Origin: Gemmatimonadaceae bacterium
GTDB lineage: Bacteria > Gemmatimonadota > Gemmatimonadetes > Gemmatimonadales > Gemmatimonadaceae
Direction of reading: 5' to 3'
Length of the DNA: 64,000 nt
Assembly: GCA_035286465.1 (NCBI GenBank)
Contig: DATEDF010000124.1
Coordinates: 3,242 to 67,241, forward strand
The notes beneath the pieces are model-generated. The model was given only the letters and a program-made list of their open reading frames with translations. It was not told the DNA's origin and ran no database searches. The position numbers and the translations under genes were made by a program. Of the stretch, positions 16,036 through 23,205 are shown piece by piece (position 1 is the first letter of the stretch; each line of letters begins with the position of its first letter).

Positions 16036-16824
16036 CTACAGCAGCGTCCGCACCGACCCCCCGTCCACCAGGATCGCCTGCCCCGTGACGAACCCCGCGC
16101 GCTCCGACGCGAGGAACGCGATCACCGCCGCGATCTCGGCCGGGTTGCCCAGGCGCCGCATCGGCGTCTCCGCGCGATACCGGTCGTAGACCGCTTCCAC
16201 CGTCTCGCCCGTGCGCGTCGCCGTCGCCTCCGCGAGCGAGACGAGGCGCTCGGTGTCGGTGAAGCCCGGCAGCACGGTGTTCACCGTCACGCCGTCGGTG
16301 GCGACTTCGTCGGCCAGCGTGCGGTAGTAGCCGGTGACCGCGGCGCGCAGGCTGTTCGAGAGGACGAGGCCCGCCACCGGCTGCTTCACCGCGCGCGACG
16401 TGATGCCGATGACGCGCCCCCACTTCCGCTCGCGCATCCCCGGCACGAGCGCGCGCGTCAGCTCCACGGCGCTCCGGAGCAGCAGCTCCGCGGCGGCCTG
16501 CCACGCGGCCCAGTCGTGCCCCATCGGCGAGCCGACGGGCGGCCCGCCCGTGTTCGTGACGAGCACGTCCACGCGGCCGTACTGCTCAGTCGTACGCGCG
16601 ACGACGGTCTCGATGCCCGCGGTCGTGCTCAGGTCGGCGACGATGGGGAGCACCTTCGCGCCGTACGGCGCCAGCCGCTTCGCCGCGGCTTCGATCGCGG
16701 CCTGCTCGCGCGAGCAGATCGCGAGCGTCGCGCCCTCGCGCGCGAACTCCTCCGCCGCCGCGTAGCCGATCCCCTGGCTCGCGCCGCAGACGAGCGCGAC
16801 CTTGTTCGCGAGGCCCAGGTCCAC
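16036..16824 (-). CDS. SDR-family oxidoreductase
   Basis: Track ORF 262 aa. Rossmann motif ALVCGASQGIGYA, and NTGG for the NNAG-type motif. About 260 aa, classical SDR length. Confidence 0.85.
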   Translation of the reverse strand: MDLGLANKVALVCGASQGIGYAAAEEFAREGATLAICSREQAAIEAAAKRLAPYGAKVLPIVADLSTTAGIETVVARTTEQYGRVDVLVTNTGGPPVGSPMGHDWAAWQAAAELLLRSAVELTRALVPGMRERKWGRVIGITSRAVKQPVAGLVLSNSLRAAVTGYYRTLADEVATDGVTVNTVLPGFTDTERLVSLAEATATRTGETVEAVYDRYRAETPMRRLGNPAEIAAVIAFLASERAGFVTGQAILVDGGSVRTLL

Positions 16825-16825
16825 G

Positions 16826-17215
16826 CTACTTCTTTCCGCCGCGCAGGTACGCGTCCGACCCGTCGAGCCAGTCCTGCCGGGGCGGCGTGAAGACGTCCAC
16901 GTCGAGCGTGTCCGCGAGCGCGTGCGCCTGGTGCCGGAGGCCGCCGGGGATGAGCAACAGCTCGTCCTTCAGCACGTCCACGTACGGCGCGTCGGGCGCC
17001 TTGTCGGCGTGCGCACCGAGCCAGAAGCGGAGGCCGCCTTCGAGCACGTAGGTGATCTGCTCGTTGTGGTGCTCGTGCGCCGGGACCACGCACCCCTTCT
17101 TGAGGAAGACCTGCGTGATCATCGAGCGCTGGGCGGTGAGCACCTTGCGCGAGAGGAGCGGGTTGAGCTGCTCGAGGCGGACGTCGGACCAGCGATGGTG
17201 CTTGGCGTCTGGCAT
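16826..17215 (-). CDS. Cupin-domain protein
   Basis: Track ORF 129 aa. Cupin motifs VPAHEHHNEQITYVLEG and LLIPGGLRHQA. Its stop is 1 nt from the SDR start. Confidence 0.8.
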   Translation of the reverse strand: MPDAKHHRWSDVRLEQLNPLLSRKVLTAQRSMITQVFLKKGCVVPAHEHHNEQITYVLEGGLRFWLGAHADKAPDAPYVDVLKDELLLIPGGLRHQAHALADTLDVDVFTPPRQDWLDGSDAYLRGGKK

Positions 17216-17255
17216 CGGATGCTCGGGTTCGGGTGGGCTGCGATCGCCTAATCTA

Positions 17256-18350
17256 TCAGGGCCGCGCGAGCTTCGTCTTCGTCCACATCGCGATCGTCGT
17301 GCACGCGCGCCCGCTCACCTGGAACTCGGCGGGCACGTCGGCCGGACTCGAGTAGATCTCGACCGCCCCGACGTTCACGGCGTGGAACGCCTCGTCGAGG
17401 TCGCCCGGCTGCATCTGCTCGAAGCGCGCGTGGTCCACGAAGATGATGACGCAACCCGCCTCGGACAGGCCGGTGTTGCGCGTGGCCTGCACGACCCGTC
17501 CGGAGCCGCTCGACCGGACCGTCAGCCCCGGCACGGTCTGGAGCAGGTCGGTGAAGAGCAGCGGGTTGCGCTGTTCCACTTCCTCCGGGGAGATGAACCG
17601 GCCGCGGCCGAAGCGCTTCCGGTCCTCGAAGCCGATCTGCTTGAGGGCGTCATCGAGCTTCCCCACCACGCGCACCGCCTCGAGGAGGCGCGCGTCGGAC
17701 ATCGTCACCGTGACCTCGCGTGGCCGGAGCGTCGTGAGGTTCACCGCGACCGTCGCCGGCGCGTAGCCGATCTTCCTGGCCACGGTCGTGTGCGTGCCGG
17801 ACGGGAGCCCCGAGAGCGAGAACGCGCCGTCGGCTCCGGTGACCGCGTTCGCGCTCGTCCCCTCCACCGCCACCTGCGCGCCCGCGACCGGCGCGCCGCT
17901 CCGCGCCAGCACGCGTCCCTGCAGGACGGCGCGCGTGGCGCCCGAGACGTTGAGCGTGAGCACCGCCCCACCGAGCAGCCGGTCCGTGAACGCGATGGGC
18001 ACCTCGGGCGTGGTGAGCGCGCCGCGCGCGGCCTGCACCGTGCCGGCGTAGCGCTCGGGGAGCCCGCAGATCGCGAAGGTGCCGTCGTCCGCCGAGCGTG
18101 CGCGGCGGACGCGCTCGGCCGGCGGCTGCGCGAGCGAATCGGTGTAGACGAGCGAGACGTTCGCGCCGGCCAGCGGCGCGTCGGTATCGGCGTCGAGCAC
18201 GCGCCCGAAGAGGATCGCCGGCGCCCTGACGACGCCCCCCGGCGGGCAATAGCGCGCTTTCGCCTGGTCGTACGTCAGCACGCCGCCCTGCGCGTTCGCC
18301 ACACACGCGGCGAACGCGCACAAGACGGGGAGGAGCGACGCGCGGCTCAG
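17256..18350 (-). CDS. Secreted CarboxypepD_reg-like domain protein with TonB-plug-like C-terminal domain
   Basis: The track ORF starts at TTG 18323 (MCAFAAC..), which truncates a signal peptide. An in-frame CTG at 18350 overlaps the upstream TGA (CTGA) and gives LSRASLLPVLCAFAACVANAQ. Internal motifs: LQGRVLARSGAPVAGAQVAVEG.. (CarboxypepD_reg) and FTDLLQTVPGLTV (plug). Confidence 0.7.
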   Translation of the reverse strand: MSRASLLPVLCAFAACVANAQGGVLTYDQAKARYCPPGGVVRAPAILFGRVLDADTDAPLAGANVSLVYTDSLAQPPAERVRRARSADDGTFAICGLPERYAGTVQAARGALTTPEVPIAFTDRLLGGAVLTLNVSGATRAVLQGRVLARSGAPVAGAQVAVEGTSANAVTGADGAFSLSGLPSGTHTTVARKIGYAPATVAVNLTTLRPREVTVTMSDARLLEAVRVVGKLDDALKQIGFEDRKRFGRGRFISPEEVEQRNPLLFTDLLQTVPGLTVRSSGSGRVVQATRNTGLSEAGCVIIFVDHARFEQMQPGDLDEAFHAVNVGAVEIYSSPADVPAEFQVSGRACTTIAMWTKTKLARP

Positions 18351-21300
18351 CGCTGCCGGCGCCCCCGGCGCTCGTCCGGCGTTCCGAACGGCGAGCCGGC
18401 GCCGCCGCTGCCGCCCGCGCGCTCGACGCGGAGCAGCTGACGGTATGTCTGGCCGGCCACCGTCATCGTGACGACGTAGTCGCCGCTGTTCGCGGTGAAA
18501 CCGCCCGCGGCGCCACCGCCGCGCCCGCCGCCCCCGCCGCCCCCGCGACCGCCGCCGCCCAAGGGCGTCATCCCGACGATCTGGAAGATGCGGACGACAT
18601 TTGCCGCCGGCGCCCCACCGCGGCCGCCGAACCCGCCGCCGCCGCCGCCCGCGGCGCCTTCACCCGGCCGGGCGCAGAAGGGATCGCCCTGCACCAGCGG
18701 ACGCTCGCACCCGGCCACTCCCCGGCCGCCGCCGCCGCCGCCCGCGCCCCCGCCCCCGCCCCCGCCCCCGCCCCCGCGGCCGCCGGCGAGCGCCGCCGCG
18801 GCTGCGGCCGCCGCGGCCGGGTTCGTGACTGCCGCGATCAGCTGCTTCGCCTGCGCGATCGCGGCCGTGTCGTACCCCGCCTTCTGCAGCGAGTCGAGCA
18901 CCTGCGGCGCGCGCGCCACGCGCAGGATGCTGTCGCGCTTCTCCGAGGCCGACAGCTCGGCCACCGCCGCCACCGCCCGGCGCTGCCCCTGGAAGTTCCA
19001 GACCACGCCGTGCAGCCCGGGCCCGCCGGGACCGTTCAGCGTCGCGATCGTGTCGCCCGTGGCGTCGCTGATCTGGATCCGCACCGGCCCCGCGGGCGTG
19101 CCGGCGCCGAGCCGATAGTTGATCGCCGCACCGTAGGGCGGACTCCGCACCTCGAAGAACGCCTGCGCGTTCCCGTTGCCGCTCGCCGAGAGCGTCGGGG
19201 CCTCACCCCACTGGAACGCCGTCTTCGGCTTGAAGAGGTGCGCGCCCGCCGCCACCACCGTCGCCGTCATCTGTTCGAGCGGCGCGATGTCCACGATCCA
19301 GAAGCTGCGCCCGTGCGTCGCCGCGATCAGCTCGCGGTCGCGTGGATGGACCTGGAGGTCGTACACCGGCACCGAGGGCAGGCCGCTCGCGAACTTCGAC
19401 CAGCTCCGTCCGCGATCAATCGAGACGTACGTGCTGAGCGACGTGCCCACGAAGAGCAGGTCCCGGTTGTGCGGGTCTTCGCGCACGACGTGCACGAAGT
19501 CACCCGGCCCGTCCCTCGGCAGGTTGTTCACGATCGAGCGGAAGCTCTTCCCGCCGTCGTTGGTCGCATAGACGTAGGGCGTGAAATCGTTCCAGCGGTG
19601 ATTGTCGAACGTGACGTAGAACGCCAGCGTGTCGAAGTGCGAGGGCTCGATGCGCGAGACGTACACGTCGCTCGAGGGCAGCCCCGGGAACCGCGCCGAG
19701 AGATTCTCCCAGGAGCCGCCGTCATTGTGCGTCTTCCAGACGTTGCCGTCGTCCGTGCCCGCGAAGACGAGGCCCGGTTTCACGTACGATTCCGCGAGGG
19801 CCACCACGGTGCCGTACGTCTCGGCGCCGGTCGCGTCAATCGTGATGCCGCCCGTCCACCTGGTGGACGTGTCAATCTTGGCCTGCAGCTTCTTCGAGAG
19901 GTCGGGCGAGATCAGGAAGAACTCCTCTCCGCGCTTCAGAGACTTGAGCACCCGGTTGCCGCCGAAGTAGACGACCGCCGGATTGTGCGGTGAGAGGAAG
20001 AACGGCGAGTTCCAGTTGAAGCGGAGCGCGAGGTCAATTGAATCCTGCCGCTGCAAGGCGCGCAGCGCGCTGATCTTCGCGGTCATCTCCCGCGTCTCGG
20101 GCCTGAGCGGATCGCCGCGTATGATCGCGATCGAGTCCTCCCACACCCGGTATCGCGCCTGCCAGTTCGGCTTGACGAACGCCATCCGCTCGCCGGTCCG
20201 GAGGTTCACGCGCGAGGCGTTCCCGCCCTGCGACTCGCCGTAGACGATGTTCGGGTCGGTGGGGTCCTGTGCGGTGTAGAAGCCGTCGCCACCGGCGATG
20301 GTGAACCAGTACGCGTTGTTCACGGTGCCGCTTCTCCGCCGGCTCGGTCCGCACCACGAGCCGTTGTCCTGCGCGCCACCGCAGATGTTGTACGGCACGG
20401 CGAAGTCGTAGCTCACCTCGTAGAACTGCGCGAGCGGGAGGTGCATCGGCTGCAGGAAGTTGCCGCCCCGGTCGAACGTGAGCGCGTAGCCGCCGTCGTT
20501 CGCGAGCACCCAGCGCTCGGGATCGTTCGGGTCAATCCAGAGCCCGTGGTCGTCCACGTGCACGTTCTGCGCGGCGGAGCGCGCGTTCTTCCCACCCGAG
20601 TCCGACACGAGGAGCGGCGTGGAGGAGAAGTAGACGCGATCCGGGTTCCTCGGATCCACGCGCACCTGCGAGTAATAGAAGGGGCGCGTGTTCGCGTCAT
20701 TCGTCTTGGTCCAGGTCCGCCCTGCGTCGGTGGAGCGATAGAGGCCGTTGTCCGTCTGATTGCCCGGCGACGGCGTGTAGCTCCCGTCCTTCGACGGCTT
20801 TGCCGCCTCGACCATGGCATACACGTAGTCCGGGTTGCTGAGCGCGATCGCGAGGCTCATCCGGCCCTTCGTCCCTTCCGGGAAGCCACTTCCCTTGATC
20901 TCGGTCCAAGTGGCGCCGCCGTCCGTGGACTTCCAGAGCGCCGAGCCCGGTCCGCCGCTCTTGAGCGAATAGGGCGTGCGCAGGCGCTCCCAGGCCGCGG
21001 CATAGACCACCTCGGGATTCCGCGGGTCGAGCGCGACGTCCACGAAACCGGCCTTGTCGCTGATGAACTTCACGAGCTGCCAGCTCTGGCCGCCGTCGGT
21101 CGTCTTGTAGAGCCCGCGGTCGGGATTCGCCTTCCACGCGGCCCCGAGCGCCGCGACGTACACGATGTTCGGGTTTCGCGGGTGCACCGCGATGCGCCCG
21201 ATGTGCTGCGTCTTCTCGAGCCCCATCGGCTTCCACGTGATGCCGCCGTCGGTGGACTTGAAGATGCCGCCGCCCGGCTCGATGGAGTTGCGCGAGTTCG

Positions 21301-21640
21301 GCTCTCCGGTGCCCGCCCACACCTGCTGCGTGTCGGACGCCGCAATCGCGAGCATCCCCATCGAGATCACCCGTTTGTCGTCGAAGACGGGCCGCCAGGT
21401 GAGACCGTTGTTGGTGGTCTTCCAGATGCCGCCCGCCGCCGCCGCGATGAAGAGCGTCTTCGACGGCCCCGGGATGCCGACGACGTCGGAGAGCCGGCCC
21501 ATGAAGTTGGCGGGCCCGACGGTGCGCCAGCGGAGGCCGGCGATGGTGGCGGAGTCGAGGGTCTGCGCGGCGGCCGTAAGCGTGACGAGCGTGAGCGCGG
21601 CGGCGCCGGCGATGACGGAACGGAGGGACGAGCGAGCCAT
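18347..21640 (-). CDS. Sortilin/VPS10-type BNR (Asp-box) repeat protein, secreted, with long Gly/Arg-rich C-terminal tracts
   Basis: Track ORF 18347..21682. ATG 21640 (MARSSLRSVIAGAAALTLV.., AGGTGA SD) is preferred. Many S-x-D-x-G-x-T-W Asp-boxes (STDGGITW, TTDGGQSW, STDGGATW, STDAGRTW). Paralog of 45616..48933. Confidence 0.85.
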   Translation of the reverse strand: MARSSLRSVIAGAAALTLVTLTAAAQTLDSATIAGLRWRTVGPANFMGRLSDVVGIPGPSKTLFIAAAAGGIWKTTNNGLTWRPVFDDKRVISMGMLAIAASDTQQVWAGTGEPNSRNSIEPGGGIFKSTDGGITWKPMGLEKTQHIGRIAVHPRNPNIVYVAALGAAWKANPDRGLYKTTDGGQSWQLVKFISDKAGFVDVALDPRNPEVVYAAAWERLRTPYSLKSGGPGSALWKSTDGGATWTEIKGSGFPEGTKGRMSLAIALSNPDYVYAMVEAAKPSKDGSYTPSPGNQTDNGLYRSTDAGRTWTKTNDANTRPFYYSQVRVDPRNPDRVYFSSTPLLVSDSGGKNARSAAQNVHVDDHGLWIDPNDPERWVLANDGGYALTFDRGGNFLQPMHLPLAQFYEVSYDFAVPYNICGGAQDNGSWCGPSRRRSGTVNNAYWFTIAGGDGFYTAQDPTDPNIVYGESQGGNASRVNLRTGERMAFVKPNWQARYRVWEDSIAIIRGDPLRPETREMTAKISALRALQRQDSIDLALRFNWNSPFFLSPHNPAVVYFGGNRVLKSLKRGEEFFLISPDLSKKLQAKIDTSTRWTGGITIDATGAETYGTVVALAESYVKPGLVFAGTDDGNVWKTHNDGGSWENLSARFPGLPSSDVYVSRIEPSHFDTLAFYVTFDNHRWNDFTPYVYATNDGGKSFRSIVNNLPRDGPGDFVHVVREDPHNRDLLFVGTSLSTYVSIDRGRSWSKFASGLPSVPVYDLQVHPRDRELIAATHGRSFWIVDIAPLEQMTATVVAAGAHLFKPKTAFQWGEAPTLSASGNGNAQAFFEVRSPPYGAAINYRLGAGTPAGPVRIQISDATGDTIATLNGPGGPGLHGVVWNFQGQRRAVAAVAELSASEKRDSILRVARAPQVLDSLQKAGYDTAAIAQAKQLIAAVTNPAAAAAAAAALAGGRGGGGGGGGGGAGGGGGGRGVAGCERPLVQGDPFCARPGEGAAGGGGGGFGGRGGAPAANVVRIFQIVGMTPLGGGGRGGGGGGGRGGGAAGGFTANSGDYVVTMTVAGQTYRQLLRVERAGGSGGAGSPFGTPDERRGRRQR
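18746..18775. repeat. Hexanucleotide microsatellite (gccccc)x5 inside the Gly-rich coding tract
   Basis: Read directly. It encodes poly-Gly on the minus strand and is in frame (6 nt). Confidence 0.9.
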
Positions 21641-21768
21641 GGGATCACCTGCGAATGGGGGAGCGTTCGAGCCGAACGCCATCTATAAAATACGAGCGCG
21701 GCGCGGCGGCCGTTGGCGGCGCGTCCGGCCGGAGACCGGGGATCGCGCGAGGCGCTCGCCGAACCACT

Positions 21769-23091
21769 TCACCGGATGTTCCACCCGTTCACCGGCCCGC
21801 CGTGGAAGAACTTCTCCGGCGTCATCACGCCGTTCTGCTTGAAGACCATGCCGTCCTTCATCACGAACTGCACGTCGCGCAGCGCGTCAATGCTCTCGAG
21901 CGGATTCCCCGTGACGGCGATCAGGTCAGCGGCGAGGCCCGGCTTGATCGGCCCGCGCCGGTTCAGCGTCTCGCTCACCTTGTAGCCGCCGATCGTCATG
22001 GCGCGGAGGATGTCCACCGCCGGGATTCTCGCGGCCTTCCACGTCTCGATGAACTCGATCGCGACCTGGCCGCGCGTCTTGCCGGGCACGTAGTAGTCGG
22101 CGTCGGTCGAGAAGGTGAGCGGCACCTTGTTGTCGTAGGCGTTCTTCAGCCCGGCGACCGTGCGCTCGTAGCGCGCCGGCGTCGTGTGGCCGGTGAGCGA
22201 GATCGGCGTCTCGGTGCCCGCGCGCCAGACCCCTTTCTGCGCCATCAGCTTGTGCATCTCGTCGTTCAGGCCGCTGTCGTGCGCGATGGACCAGACGCCC
22301 GCCTCGATCGCGCGGCGCGCGCCGTCCACGGTCTGCACGTGCCCTTCGACCTTGAGCCCGATCTTCGCCGCCTCGCTGATGAAGAGCCGGATGTCCTCGA
22401 CCGAGTAGCCCCAGGGCTTGCAGTCCACGCAGATCTTGATCACGCGCGCGCCGAAGAGCGCGTTCTGGCGCACCGCCTTGATGATCTCGTCGCGCGTGTC
22501 GGCGTCGAGGTATTCGGGATACATGATCTTGTGATCGAGGGCCATCTCGGGAGTGGGCCAGAACTGCCCGCCCATCCCGCCGATGATGATCCCGGAGTTG
22601 ATGATGGCGGGCCCCGGGATCCACCCCATCTCGATCGCCTGACGCAATGCCGTGTCCACGTAGTTGCCGTTGTTCCCCATGTCGCGGACGATCGTGAAGC
22701 CGCTGGCGAGCATCTGCATCCCGTTCGACGCCGCCTGGATCGCGCGCAGCGGCGAGGACTCGGCGATGTACGTGTAGTAGTAGATGTTGCGCTCGGGGAC
22801 CTCCTTGTACGTGAGCGCGAGGTGGTTGTGCGCGTCCACGAGGCCGGGGAGCACCGTGAGGCGCGAGAGGTCCACCACCTCGGCGCCGCTCGGAATGGCC
22901 ACGTTGGGTCCGATGGCCGTGAAGCGGCCGTTCTCGATGAGAATGACCTGATTGGCGCTGACCGTTCCGGTCTCCGGATCAATGAGACGGCCGGCGCGGA
23001 TGGCGGTGACCTGGGCCGCCGCCGGCGGCGTGACGAGCGGGAACAGCACAAGGCAGAGCGTGGTAACCAGAGACTTCGTCGCGAAGCGCAT
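21769..23091 (-). CDS. Secreted amidohydrolase-family metallo-hydrolase
   Basis: Track ORF 440 aa. Signal peptide MRFATKSLVTTLCLVLFPLVTPPAAAQ. LPGLVDAHNHL metal-binding HxH. GGAGGA SD. Confidence 0.85.
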   Translation of the reverse strand: MRFATKSLVTTLCLVLFPLVTPPAAAQVTAIRAGRLIDPETGTVSANQVILIENGRFTAIGPNVAIPSGAEVVDLSRLTVLPGLVDAHNHLALTYKEVPERNIYYYTYIAESSPLRAIQAASNGMQMLASGFTIVRDMGNNGNYVDTALRQAIEMGWIPGPAIINSGIIIGGMGGQFWPTPEMALDHKIMYPEYLDADTRDEIIKAVRQNALFGARVIKICVDCKPWGYSVEDIRLFISEAAKIGLKVEGHVQTVDGARRAIEAGVWSIAHDSGLNDEMHKLMAQKGVWRAGTETPISLTGHTTPARYERTVAGLKNAYDNKVPLTFSTDADYYVPGKTRGQVAIEFIETWKAARIPAVDILRAMTIGGYKVSETLNRRGPIKPGLAADLIAVTGNPLESIDALRDVQFVMKDGMVFKQNGVMTPEKFFHGGPVNGWNIR

Positions 23092-23205
23092 CGCCCCGAT
23101 CCTCCATCGCGGAATGTCCGGTCCGGCCTAGCCGACGGCACGCGCGCGCGTGCATCTTGCGTCGGCCCGAGGCAACTATACCTGCTTCGTGAGACGCTGT
23201 CACGC

